The notes below the pieces were generated by a model, which worked only from the letters and a program-made list of their open reading frames with translations, searched no databases and was not told the origin of the DNA. The position numbers and the translations under genes were made by a program. From TPA_inf: Saccharomyces (taxonomy: Eukaryota), in the NCBI GenBank assembly GCA_000146045.2, contig BK006948.2, forward strand, positions 320,001-384,000: DNA of 64,000 bases, written 5' to 3'. Shown here piece by piece: positions 11,052 to 21,277 of this stretch; within the stretch, counting starts at the first letter, position 1; the number at the start of each line of letters is the position of its first letter.

Positions 11052-11260
11052 TTACATTTTAACTTATATAACTGTACAATGTCAGTCAGACGCAACTGAT
11101 ATAAAAGATGTGCTCTACAAGTAAAGATTATTTCAACTCTTAAAAATATTTGAAAAATGCACTATAATTTGATCTAAATAAGGTACAGATAATGGTAAGG
11201 CAAAACTACTACATTTGGCAGTGAGTATTGTTAGCTTTTCCGCTTATTTTCTCTCCTGGA

Positions 11261-11320
11261 GTAGCCACCGTTCGCGTCTTCCGAGCAATGGCGAATCTCG
11301 AATCTCGGAAGGGCGGCTAC
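11261..11320. promoter_or_regulatory. Imperfect inverted repeat containing two URS1-like cores (GTAGCCaCCG ... GGGCGGCTAC) about 140-190 bp upstream of YSP3
   Basis: Read directly: gtagccaccgttcgcgtcttccgag ... ctcggaagggcggctac. The arms are reverse-complementary over about 17 of 20 positions. Each arm resembles the Ume6 URS1 element TAGCCGCCGA. Confidence 0.4.
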
Positions 11321-11454
11321 TGATAACAGGCACTCATATATATATTATTAGATAAGAGTTTTTTTTGACTGAGTCCTTATAACACGTAACTTATCAAGTT
11401 GCTATATTGTAAGTTCAGGTTTCCAATCTGTTCAACCACTTTATATCTTTAAAC

Positions 11455-12891
11455 ATGAAATTCTCTACCATCTTACCTATACTTTGGGCAAATTGCTGTC
11501 TTTGTATGATCATCCCTGATTTCGACGGGATAGTTCGTTTTATTGAGAATATTGATGGTACTCGCAGTGTAAGAGCAGGAGAAGGTTTGGGACAGCATGA
11601 TCCTGGAAATTTTCACACTGAACATCAACATGTCGCTCATAAAACAGAGTTTCTTCCTTATCGGTATGTCATAGTCTTTAATGAAGATATTTCCCTCCAG
11701 CAGATTCAATCGCATATGCAAGTGGTACAGAAGGATCATAGTACCTCAGTAGGTAAGCTTACAGAAAATGACGCTTTTTGGAGGGTAATTTCTTCTTCAG
11801 TATCATCTAAATCTCAATTTGGAGGTATTGATAATTTTTTTGACATAAATGGTCTATTTCGAGGTTATACTGGCTATTTCACTGATGAAATCATTAAAAT
11901 AATCTCCCAGGACCCAATCATAAAGTTCGTAGAGCAAGAAACTACAGTAAAAATATCTAATTCGTCATTGCAGGAAGAAGCGCCTTGGGGTTTACATAGA
12001 GTTTCGCACAGGGAGAAACCAAAATATGGACAAGATTTGGAATATTTATATGAAGATGCCGCCGGAAAAGGTGTCACATCATATGTACTCGACACAGGAA
12101 TTGATACCGAGCACGAGGACTTTGAAGGGCGTGCTGAGTGGGGAGCCGTTATACCAGCAAACGATGAAGCTTCTGATTTGAATGGTCATGGAACTCACTG
12201 TGCGGGGATTATCGGATCGAAGCACTTTGGTGTAGCCAAAAATACAAAAATAGTAGCTGTCAAAGTTCTTCGTTCTAATGGGGAAGGGACGGTTTCAGAT
12301 GTTATTAAAGGTATAGAGTATGTTACTAAGGAGCATATAGAATCGTCGAAGAAAAAGAATAAAGAATTCAAAGGATCGACTGCCAATCTTTCTTTGGGAA
12401 GTAGCAAATCGCTAGCTATGGAAATGGCTGTAAATGCAGCTGTAGATAGCGGTGTCCATTTTGCTATTGCGGCAGGAAATGAGGATGAAGATGCTTGTCT
12501 CAGTTCACCAGCAGGAGCTGAAAAAAGTATTACGGTCGGTGCTTCGACATTTAGTGATGATAGAGCATTCTTTTCGAACTGGGGCACATGTGTTGATGTG
12601 TTTGCTCCCGGTATAAATATTATGTCCACCTATATTGGTTCAAGGAATGCAACTTTAAGTTTATCAGGTACTTCCATGGCGTCCCCGCACGTTGCTGGTA
12701 TTTTAAGTTACTTTTTATCATTACAGCCTGCACCAGACAGTGAATTTTTCAACGACGCTCCCTCACCTCAAGAATTGAAAGAAAAAGTCCTAAAATTTAG
12801 TACACAGGGAGTACTGGGTGATATCGGTGATGATACTCCTAACAAATTAATATATAATGGGGGAGGTAAGAAATTGGATGGTTTTTGGTAG
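11455..12891 (+). CDS. YSP3: Subtilisin-like serine protease (peptidase S8, Prb1 paralogue), 478 aa
   Basis: ATG at 11455. Catalytic D/H/S motifs: DTGID, HGTHCAG, GTSMASPHVAG. Signal peptide present. 478 aa. Confidence 0.85.
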   Translation: MKFSTILPILWANCCLCMIIPDFDGIVRFIENIDGTRSVRAGEGLGQHDPGNFHTEHQHVAHKTEFLPYRYVIVFNEDISLQQIQSHMQVVQKDHSTSVGKLTENDAFWRVISSSVSSKSQFGGIDNFFDINGLFRGYTGYFTDEIIKIISQDPIIKFVEQETTVKISNSSLQEEAPWGLHRVSHREKPKYGQDLEYLYEDAAGKGVTSYVLDTGIDTEHEDFEGRAEWGAVIPANDEASDLNGHGTHCAGIIGSKHFGVAKNTKIVAVKVLRSNGEGTVSDVIKGIEYVTKEHIESSKKKNKEFKGSTANLSLGSSKSLAMEMAVNAAVDSGVHFAIAAGNEDEDACLSSPAGAEKSITVGASTFSDDRAFFSNWGTCVDVFAPGINIMSTYIGSRNATLSLSGTSMASPHVAGILSYFLSLQPAPDSEFFNDAPSPQELKEKVLKFSTQGVLGDIGDDTPNKLIYNGGGKKLDGFW

Positions 12892-13462
12892 CTTTGATTT
12901 TGAATTTAGGAGCACCCAGGAGATTTTATTTTATTCTTTTCATACAGGTCAGCATAAGCCTAAGAAAGACGTTTGAAATCGCTAATCGGCTTTTTGTTCC
13001 TACGAGTAGGTTAAATTCTTTCAATAATATACATAATAAATTAGTAGTAAAGATAAACTTTTGTTCGCGATGCAGTTCTTTTGGTTGTGAATAGTTTTTT
13101 TACGAATTTATACTAGTCACTGCTAGATAAGGGTTAAGGAGGTAAATAAAATACGACAACCACTTTAAATAGGTTTCAAAACTATCCTTCAACAGATAAA
13201 AGGGTTTACCGTCAGAATCATTGAAATCTTTTAAAGGGTGTGAAACTATTTTTATCTTCCTCTGTCACCGTCCAAAGCAACCGAGCAATGCAGTGTTTTT
13301 CCTTTTAAAAACTACCTCAGATCATAGGTACAAGTTACAACTGAATGTCTACAATTGTGATCTCGGCTCGATAATGTATTCTATGTATGAGAGGCATCTT
13401 CTTGTTTTGATTATTTCTATCATTTACTAAGGAAAAAAAAAAAAATATACATGCGGTGCGAT

Positions 13463-13489
13463 GCGATGATCTTCGGGAAGAAAAATTTT
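13463..13489 (+). promoter_or_regulatory. PAC-like (GCGATGAT) plus perfect RRPE (GAAAAATTTT) ribosome-biogenesis promoter elements, 100-130 bp upstream of UTP23
   Basis: Read directly: gcgatgcgatgatcttcgggaagaaaaattttc. UTP23 is a small-subunit processome gene, so these elements are expected there. Confidence 0.55.
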
Positions 13490-13591
13490 CAAGATGTCAA
13501 TTAAACAATAGTATAATTATCGTGATGAGCAAGAAGGGAAGCAATCCAATAATAAAAACCAACTATTGTAAGCGCTCCCGATATACCTAAC

Positions 13592-14356
13592 ATGCGTCAA
13601 AAGAGGGCTAAGTCATATAGGAAACAACTTCTTGTTTACAGTCACACATTTAAGTTCCGTGAGCCATATCAAGTTTTGGTTGATAATCAGCTTGTTTTAG
13701 AATGTAATAATTCTAATTTTAATCTACCGAGTGGGTTGAAAAGAACGTTGCAAGCAGACGTAAAGGTCATGATCACACAGTGTTGCATACAAGCGTTATA
13801 TGAAACTAGAAATGATGGTGCAATTAATTTAGCGAAACAATTTGAGAGACGTCGTTGTAACCACTCTTTTAAAGATCCAAAGTCACCTGCGGAGTGCATC
13901 GAAAGCGTCGTTAATATTAGCGGTGCAAATAAACACAGGTATGTGGTTGCTTCTCAGGACATAGATTTGAGGAGGAAGCTGAGGACGGTTCCGGGTGTTC
14001 CATTAATCCATTTAACCAGGTCTGTTATGGTTATGGAACCTCTCAGTACGGCGAGTGCCAAGGCAAGCAAGATTACTGAAGAACAAAAATTGTATAAGGG
14101 TCTCAATGATCCTAATATTGAAAAACTTCAAGAAAGTGGTGATGGATCAGGAAAGGAATCTATCACTAAGAAAAGAAAGCTTGGTCCAAAGGCTCCTAAT
14201 CCTTTGAGCGTAAAGAAGAAGAAGAAAGTCAACTCGCCCAGCGATGAGGTGAAAGACAAAGAAGATACTTCTAAAGAAAAGAAAAAAAGAAGAAGAAGGA
14301 AACACAAAAGCAACACTAACGTCCCCGTTTCAAATGGGACCACAGCCGCGCAGTAA
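13592..14356 (+). CDS. UTP23: SSU processome component with PIN domain, lysine-rich C-terminus, 254 aa
   Basis: ATG at 13592. PIN-domain-like N-terminal region and a KKKKK-rich tail. 254 aa matches Utp23. Confidence 0.85.
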   Translation: MRQKRAKSYRKQLLVYSHTFKFREPYQVLVDNQLVLECNNSNFNLPSGLKRTLQADVKVMITQCCIQALYETRNDGAINLAKQFERRRCNHSFKDPKSPAECIESVVNISGANKHRYVVASQDIDLRRKLRTVPGVPLIHLTRSVMVMEPLSTASAKASKITEEQKLYKGLNDPNIEKLQESGDGSGKESITKKRKLGPKAPNPLSVKKKKKVNSPSDEVKDKEDTSKEKKKRRRRKHKSNTNVPVSNGTTAAQ

Positions 14357-14508
14357 ATTTTTTCCTTAAGTTAATTGACTGGCCAATCTTTTGAATATAA
14401 TTGCGCATCTTCCACTCTTATTGATAAACGTTACGGAAGTATTTAATGTACATATGTAGGATAGTATTAAATAAACTTCAAAAAATTAAGCCTCCGCAAA
14501 ACGCACCA

Positions 14509-17343
14509 TCAGTAGTTGACTACGGGGAAGTCTTCTTCAGGCACTTGACAGTTTTCATTAATAGAATGATCCACCCATTCAGGGGCAACGACCCTGGCTA
14601 TTTTCGGTATAGTATCAGAAGCCTTTATTTGTTCTTTTATTTTTTCGTGTACCTCATTCATGCAGTCTTTCCTCAAAATAGGATCAGTATATGGTATAAT
14701 TATTAAGTTACAAAGTGACTGTTGATCTGTTATTTTTCCACCAAACAACTTAATTTTCATTTCTATAATGTCATCTTCTGTGCTAATTTTGCGACGTGGT
14801 ACGTATGCAATCCTGTTGGAGAATAAAAATAATGGAAACCGCCGAACCTCAGAATCTATCTCGAGTTCCCCCATCGGTGGTAGACTTAGTTGTGATTTAT
14901 ACAATGATGACAGTTTGGTTTCCGAAATGTCATTTTCAAAACTATCACCCAAACAATCTACCCTTTTTTCAGCGACGGCTCTCATTTTTTGAGAGACGTT
15001 AAAGCAATAATTGGGCTCGATCAGGATGAGCCTCTTATATGCTATACAATCGAGTACCCAATTTGGGTGCAATATATCATATCCTCGATCTATTAAAGCC
15101 TTGCATTCCGTGGTAGTTTTACAGCTGATTAACCGAACGTCCCCAATTGAATGACGTTTTAAAATTACATTATATATCAGTTTACCACCATGTTCCACAA
15201 TAGTTTTTTCAAGTTCTGCCCGTGTAATCCGTATTCCAGTGTCCTCCGTGACATAGTCAGAGAGAACATAAAAAAGTAATCCGGCAAAGATGTTTGAAAT
15301 TGGCAGTTGTTTCCTGTTTTGGTGAAAGCTGTCTGAAATAAGTACTCTCTTTCTCTTTTTCCGTATCAATCCAAGCTGTGACCTTTCCGCTTGATAGCTG
15401 GGGTTAGATTTAACCGTCCTACTTTCGTATAAGTCGTTAAGTGTGTAACAATCTGTCCATTCTTTATCGTACCGTATTCTTTTACAATAGCCACCGTACA
15501 AAGTACAATTGGTAGCGTACTTCTGCATATTCGTTTCTGTGTTATCCAAAGACCGTGATTTTATTTCTAGAACAATTGATTCACTGGGGTCAATCCATTC
15601 GGCAGGTATTTTTGAGCCAAATTCTAAAATTGAAGCAGGGGGAGCAACTTCGGAGGTTCTTTTCCAATGTCCTCTCGTTTTGCGGTCGATTTCTTTGAAT
15701 TCTTCTTGAGATATACCGTTTGCGATAGAACAGAATGAAAGTATTTTTTTCACCCTTCTTCTTGAATTTTGTATGTGTTTTTCTTGGCTTGAGTGGTCTA
15801 CAATTTCAGAGGAGTCTCCTTGGTGCTTTTTATACTCTTCTTCATCTAGCACAAGTAACCCTAGCATAAAAGAATCTTTTTTCCCAGAATCTCTGCCTAT
15901 TACTATTAAGTCTAAATTCTCTCCAAATTCCTCCAAATATTCAGGTTTTACCTTGATCCAGTTGTTGTTTCGACTGGCGACATTATAACTTGAATTATAA
16001 TATTTCAAAACAACTCCTTCTGAACCCAGTGAGATTGCAACTTCTAAAGACTTTTTGATTGACTCCACACCATAACATCTAGAAGATCGTACTATTTCTA
16101 CAATATTTTTCAAGGGACTTAAAATGCTGTTCAGATATTGCTTCCTTTGATGAAGGGGTAATGGTGTCAACGAAGTCCCATTCAGGTATAACAGATCAAA
16201 CACCATATATAAGGGGTGAAAGTCAACATTATTTATACTATTAAAAGATAGCGCTTCCTTTGCACTTCCTTTAACAAGACCGAATGGAAGAATCACCCGT
16301 CTTTTTGCATCAAACGTCACCATTTCTCCATCTAAAACACATTCTTTAACACTATCTGTAAACCTCAAATGTTGAGATATAGTTCCTGATGATAAGCTCG
16401 CTCCGTACAAATAGGTATAGTCGATGCCCCGTCTACTAAAAAATTTTATGGATTCACCATAATTCATATAATGAACTTGAATTCGTTCTCCATCCATTTT
16501 TTCTTCTACCAAAAAATCATCATGTAGTGTACGGCATATTTTCTCATAAGAAAGATTCACTTTTTTGGCTAATTGGGGGGCGAATGCAAAGCCAACTTTT
16601 ATACTCAAATCATCATCCTTTAGACGAACTTTTGGATCATAAAGTTTTGAAGTTACCACCTTTAAATCAGATATCACGCTAAGATAATCCTGAGCATCAG
16701 GATGCCAGCAGTTTAGCAATTTGTGCTCTTGACCTCCTATTACTCTATTTTTAAGCACGATATCAAAGAAGTATTTTAATTCGACGAAACTCATATTCTC
16801 CACACAGTGCAGGAAAGGTTTGGACTTGACAAGACTCTTAAATCCTCGTCCGGAAGCGAACCTGTCTCCACTCAAACTATCCAGATAGTGATTGACGTTA
16901 TCAATTGTAATCGCTTTTGAGCTAGGTTCAGCCCTTCTTTTAGCAATTTCTTCCACAAGAAGAGAAGAAAGATTCCCACCTTTACCGACACGCTGTTTCC
17001 AATCTTTTAACCGCTGCTCTGTTGCAGAATTTTTTGGCAACTTCAAGTAAGAGCATATAGTTCTTATTAATACATAATCCTTAATATTATAGATTCGTCT
17101 ATCGCGGTAGGGAAGAGCAAGAACCAGTGCAGGATATATATTATTTCCCACGGTTTTTCTCCACATTTCGACGAAATTCGATATTATTTCATAGTACTTG
17201 AAAGACCTTGATTTGCCAGTGCCGGCCGTTCCATTAATTTGAACTTCATGTATCTTCACAAATAGCTCTTCACAAAGCCATTTGAAATCTGGACTAGGCG
17301 CAAAGTTTTGGGGCTCGGGTATAGAATCTAGTGCTGATATCAT
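14509..17343 (-). CDS. DNL4: ATP-dependent DNA ligase IV (NHEJ), 944 aa
   Basis: ATG at 17341-17343 (minus strand). Ligase active-site motif KxDGxR (EEKMDGERIQVH) and C-terminal tandem BRCT region. 944 aa. Confidence 0.95.
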   Translation of the reverse strand: MISALDSIPEPQNFAPSPDFKWLCEELFVKIHEVQINGTAGTGKSRSFKYYEIISNFVEMWRKTVGNNIYPALVLALPYRDRRIYNIKDYVLIRTICSYLKLPKNSATEQRLKDWKQRVGKGGNLSSLLVEEIAKRRAEPSSKAITIDNVNHYLDSLSGDRFASGRGFKSLVKSKPFLHCVENMSFVELKYFFDIVLKNRVIGGQEHKLLNCWHPDAQDYLSVISDLKVVTSKLYDPKVRLKDDDLSIKVGFAFAPQLAKKVNLSYEKICRTLHDDFLVEEKMDGERIQVHYMNYGESIKFFSRRGIDYTYLYGASLSSGTISQHLRFTDSVKECVLDGEMVTFDAKRRVILPFGLVKGSAKEALSFNSINNVDFHPLYMVFDLLYLNGTSLTPLPLHQRKQYLNSILSPLKNIVEIVRSSRCYGVESIKKSLEVAISLGSEGVVLKYYNSSYNVASRNNNWIKVKPEYLEEFGENLDLIVIGRDSGKKDSFMLGLLVLDEEEYKKHQGDSSEIVDHSSQEKHIQNSRRRVKKILSFCSIANGISQEEFKEIDRKTRGHWKRTSEVAPPASILEFGSKIPAEWIDPSESIVLEIKSRSLDNTETNMQKYATNCTLYGGYCKRIRYDKEWTDCYTLNDLYESRTVKSNPSYQAERSQLGLIRKKRKRVLISDSFHQNRKQLPISNIFAGLLFYVLSDYVTEDTGIRITRAELEKTIVEHGGKLIYNVILKRHSIGDVRLISCKTTTECKALIDRGYDILHPNWVLDCIAYKRLILIEPNYCFNVSQKMRAVAEKRVDCLGDSFENDISETKLSSLYKSQLSLPPMGELEIDSEVRRFPLFLFSNRIAYVPRRKISTEDDIIEMKIKLFGGKITDQQSLCNLIIIPYTDPILRKDCMNEVHEKIKEQIKASDTIPKIARVVAPEWVDHSINENCQVPEEDFPVVNY

Positions 17344-17679
17344 ACCTAAATAATCCGTTACTATTTCCTTCAGTTCTAGATTTTTATTTTAGTATTTATT
17401 TTCCACATATTAACATATGTTTAAAGGATTTTTTCATAGTTAGATTTGTTTAAAGATTTAATATGGTGACAAAAGGTAAAAAGAGAAAAATAACAAAAAA
17501 AAGGAAAAAAGAAGAAAATAAGGGATCGAAAACGATCTTAACTCTAGTACTGCACAAACAACGTAAGTGATGAAACCGATATTATTGATCTATACTCGGC
17601 GAATCTTACGATTTATATCACAATGTTACATGTACAACGTACGTAGTTACTAAACACTGATTTCAGCCTATTTAATCAC

Positions 17680-18621
17680 CTATCGAATTAAATTGCCTAA
17701 GGGGTCATAACTTAAAGGCTCTCCATTTTCTTTTGAACCACTTTCCTCGTCTTCTGATTCCTCAGATTGCGCTTCCCTGCTTTTCATGTTATCTATACGA
17801 ATAGCATTACCTAAAGAGTCATATTCAATACATTGATTATTGCCTTCCAAATCAGATTGTTCTGAGTTTTCCTCACTCTCTGATGTGTCAGATTGCGAAC
17901 CATTACCCCTTCTATTTATGTTACCCATCATCCATATATCTTCTTCTTTAGCTCGGGATTTTCGTTCTTGAGTTTCCTTTTCTAATTTTTGCAACCATTC
18001 CTCTTCAGCCCTCTTTACAGAGTCGCAGTCAGTGCACTGCTGATAGATTTCAAGCAATTCTTTGTTTAATTCTAAAAATCCCATTCCCCACGAGAAGTGT
18101 GATAACAATTCACTGGCCCAATCCATTCTCCCGACGATAGCAAAACAAGCCGCTAATGCCTCAACGCAATTGAGCCTCCATGGTCTCCCGTAATTTACTT
18201 GATTAGCGGCCACTAAATACGGCAGCAGCCTTTCGTGCTTACCGCCTATTTTATTGAAGGGTACCTCTTCTAAACGTGCCCAAGAACACTCGACCACCGA
18301 AGCGCCGTGTTGTTCGACAATTTCTAGATCATCAGGGCAAACAACACCTTTGCCGTTTGGCGAAACGACAATACCTTGAAATTTCTGTCCAACTCTCAAT
18401 GATTTAATTAAGCCCAACCTTTCAAGTTTTTTACCACTGCATCTCTTTGGATCGCAATGATCAAAATCCCACATAGCCAGTTTAACAGGAAACTTCATTT
18501 TTTCTGAATTATCGTACTTCATTTCCATGCGCCTATGGTTTTGCCTGGAACTGTGCCCATTAGCGCCTCTCTGTGGTCTTCCATTTTTGGGTTCGTGCAT
18601 CTTATTTTTACCTTTTCCCAT
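17680..18621 (-). CDS. TSR3: 18S rRNA acp-transferase (Tsr3/DUF367 family), acidic Ser/Glu-rich C-terminus, 313 aa
   Basis: ATG at 18619-18621 (minus strand). Sequence recognised as Tsr3. 313 aa. Confidence 0.85.
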   Translation of the reverse strand: MGKGKNKMHEPKNGRPQRGANGHSSRQNHRRMEMKYDNSEKMKFPVKLAMWDFDHCDPKRCSGKKLERLGLIKSLRVGQKFQGIVVSPNGKGVVCPDDLEIVEQHGASVVECSWARLEEVPFNKIGGKHERLLPYLVAANQVNYGRPWRLNCVEALAACFAIVGRMDWASELLSHFSWGMGFLELNKELLEIYQQCTDCDSVKRAEEEWLQKLEKETQERKSRAKEEDIWMMGNINRRGNGSQSDTSESEENSEQSDLEGNNQCIEYDSLGNAIRIDNMKSREAQSEESEDEESGSKENGEPLSYDPLGNLIR

Positions 18622-18715
18622 TGTTACTGCTTACTCAACTGTCTTACGCGAGAAGTTCTATACAGATTTACATAAAAAGCTTTTCGATAAAGTATTTCAA
18701 ATAGACATTTACTAG

Positions 18716-18746
18716 TAAAAATTTTTTTATGTAGTTTCTCATCACA
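18716..18746 (-). promoter_or_regulatory. RRPE (AAAAATTTTT) and PAC-like (GTGATGAG) elements in the TSR3 promoter
   Basis: The plus strand reads gtaaaaattttttt...tctcatcaca; on the TSR3 strand this reads ...TGTGATGAGA and AAAAAAATTTTTAC. TSR3 is a ribosome-biogenesis gene. Confidence 0.45.
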
Positions 18747-18937
18747 TTATATTTTCTAGTCTTCTCCGAAAATCGACGAATTTACCTGAAAAAAAGAAAA
18801 AGTAAACTACAGTCCCTATTTAAGTATTTCGCAAGTGATCTCAAAGTAAAAATAAAATTCCTGGTAACACTCATCCTAGATAGAGCTATATTTGTATCTA
18901 CATAACATGTATTGCATTAAAGGCTTATTTCAGTCCA

Positions 18938-19978
18938 CTATTGCTTGTTCTCATTGTCTGGTGTTTCATCTGTAGATTGGGCACCTGCTCCACCAAAAAG
19001 ATTGCCTGCCATGTTTCTGAGTGCTGGGTTATTCATCAAGTCAGACAAATTTGGAGTTCCTCCGCCTGAAGCAAAGCCTTCAGCCATCTGTCTGATACTT
19101 GGATCTTGCATCATTTTTTGAATATTCTGCATTGCACCTGGATTGCTCATCATTTTTTGCGCAGCCTGCATCAATTGTGGGTTGTTCATTAAACCTCCAA
19201 GACCACCTCCTAATAAAGAACCAAGATCTGGCAATCCACCCGCACTAGCACCCTGACTTGCATCGACATCAGCATCCCTTGACTGTTCTGGAACGGTTTT
19301 CTCCAGATTCAAAGATTGCTCAACCTTCTTCTTGGCACTTTCATAATCCCTTTTCATAGCTTCTGTTGCATTATCGCCCTCTATATCAAGAACCTTTTTG
19401 TATGCTTCAAGGGCTTCTTCGGGTTTACCTTGCGCATATTTAGCAAAACCCAATCTAGAGTAGCCTCTGAAATAAGATGGGTCAATAGAAATTGCAGATT
19501 CAGCGTCTTTGACCGCTTGATCATATTCTTTCAGGGATGAATGAGCAGCCGCTCTATTGGCGTAATAAATAGCATTCGTTGGTAAAACTTTAATGGCTTC
19601 AGTATATTTATTGATTGCCAGTTCGTAATCCTTGTTGGCCATTGCTTTATTACCTTGCATTTTCAAGTCCTCAGCTTTGGCTTTAGTTTCCGCATCATCT
19701 TCTGGAATATTAATCTCGACATTCTCAGCATCGTCTTTCTTATTCGATTCTGGAACTCTTGACGCAGAATTTAATATATCAGCAAGATGTTGACCCTTGA
19801 ATTCAGACTTGCCTAAAATGCCTGAAACAGCTTCTCTTTCAAAGCCAAAGGCTTCAGAGATACAGTCCATAGCAACATTTAAAGAATCGGCGCCATCTTC
19901 TGAAATTTCTTTCTTTTCCACAATGGAAGAAAAGTAGTTTACAATAAGGGCAGCAATTTCTTCTTTTGATGCTGACAT
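18938..19978 (-). CDS. SGT2: Small glutamine-rich TPR co-chaperone (GET pathway), 346 aa
   Basis: ATG at 19976-19978 (minus strand). Three TPR repeats in the middle and a Gln/Met-rich C-terminus (NPQLMQAAQKMMSNP...). 346 aa. Confidence 0.9.
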   Translation of the reverse strand: MSASKEEIAALIVNYFSSIVEKKEISEDGADSLNVAMDCISEAFGFEREAVSGILGKSEFKGQHLADILNSASRVPESNKKDDAENVEINIPEDDAETKAKAEDLKMQGNKAMANKDYELAINKYTEAIKVLPTNAIYYANRAAAHSSLKEYDQAVKDAESAISIDPSYFRGYSRLGFAKYAQGKPEEALEAYKKVLDIEGDNATEAMKRDYESAKKKVEQSLNLEKTVPEQSRDADVDASQGASAGGLPDLGSLLGGGLGGLMNNPQLMQAAQKMMSNPGAMQNIQKMMQDPSIRQMAEGFASGGGTPNLSDLMNNPALRNMAGNLFGGAGAQSTDETPDNENKQ

Positions 19979-20290
19979 CGTACAGTAGATTTGTATTAAT
20001 AAGATATCACTTGGTCAGAAGCTTCTATTCAGTTGTCCGATTATATCGCTCGTACTCATTTTATATGGTGGCAAAATTTGGGATTAAGCGTAGGGCAATA
20101 AAACCTTCTCGGATCTTCCATTTTTTTCGATTGGGAAAATTTTAAGACTTGAAAAAGTTTGGAAAAATACAAAAGAAGGGCTAAGTGTTGTGATTAGAAT
20201 GTCATGACAATAAGGTTAAAAGCAAATATTATGCCGCCTATAGCCCTTTAAAATAGCATAAAAGACCTTTGTAATTTCTATTCAATGTTA

Positions 20291-20298
20291 AAAAAAAT
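20291..20298 (-). terminator. Pol III terminator T-run (T7 on the tRNA strand) immediately 3' of tRNA-Arg
   Basis: The plus strand reads aaaaaaat directly after the tRNA 3' end. Confidence 0.7.
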
Positions 20299-20371
20299 CT
20301 TCCCCGCCAGGACTTGAACCTGGAATCTTCTGGTTCGTAGCCAGACGCCGTGACCATTGGGCCACGAGGAA
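20299..20371 (-). tRNA. tR(ACG): tRNA-Arg, anticodon ACG, 73 nt, no intron
   Basis: The minus strand reads TTCCTCGTGGCCCAATGGTCACGGCGTCTGGCTACGAACCAGAAGATTCCAGGTTCAAGTCCTGGCGGGGAAG. Cloverleaf folds by hand: anticodon stem TCTGG/CCAGA, loop CTACGAA. T-loop is GGTTCAAGTCC. Confidence 0.9.
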
Positions 20372-20549
20372 CAGATCTTGAGAAAATTAGAGATATTTAT
20401 CGATACACGTACTAAAAGCAAATTTCATAGTTTTATTTCCCAATAATGCCCATCATCCATTATTATTATATTCAAATTATTATGCCAGTGTGAAAAAAAT
20501 GGAATGATCATTCCCATACATATTGATGATTTTCGACATAATTATATGC

Positions 20550-20860
20550 AATGGTATACGCAATTGTGCAAACATGACAATTTTGTTTTGATTCTTTCAT
20601 TCCATTTTTTGTAAAGGAATAATATCCCTATATAATATGCCAGAGGTCTTTCCTCGAGGATACAGGAATCCGCAAAATGGAATCAAAATTTTACATCATA
20701 TATTATAATCACGTCTTCCTCCTTTTTCATGCATTACTACTCACGCATCCTATCACATAATCAATCCTTGCGCTTCAATTTCATTAGATTGAAGAAAATA
20801 TGAATATAAATTTATTAATCTCCTACTTTATATCGTCTTTCAACGCGGTATTTTTTTAAT
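20550..20860 (-). mobile_element. Degenerate solo LTR of Ty4 (tau)/Ty1-delta type, about 180-490 bp upstream of tRNA-Arg
   Basis: ...ttcctcgaggatacaggaatccgcaaaatggaatc... is the reverse complement of the conserved LTR core GATTCCATTTTGAGGATTCCTATATCCTCGAGGAG. ...atcaatccttgcgcttcaatttc... matches the LTR 5' half in reverse complement. Diverged and boundaries approximate. Confidence 0.5.
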
Positions 20861-21277
20861 AATTTCTAGTAAAGTGGTTATTGTCACTAGAAGATAATTA
20901 GCTATTAGTTTCATAACAATTTGTTATTTTGAAAATGTATAGTTTTATTAGGTGGTATTCATTTCAAAGAATTAACATGTTTAATGTTTGTTAAATCTAT
21001 GTAACTAAGTTAAGGTTGGTATTCAAATATATCATAAAAAAATTAATGAGTAGAAAAAAAAATAACTAATCTAATTTTGTTGTTCCTATTTAATGTTCCT
21101 CGTTACTTCCAGCTCTCCAGCTCTCAAATTCGAAATGTATGAATTTTTAGAGGATCATCATAATGTGAAAATGGAGATGATTTGGCAAAATGAAATCGGA
21201 AAAAGAAAAAATTAATGGGAAGGAACAAGACTTGCTTGGCAATAGTTTAAGAATATAATAATTTTTTTTGGGTTTCT

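Noticed and set aside
12195-12629. 144-aa ORF antisense to YSP3
   Set aside because: It lies entirely within the YSP3 protease domain coding region on the opposite strand, and the protein has no recognisable domains. Antisense ORFs of this size are expected by chance in a 1.4-kb gene.
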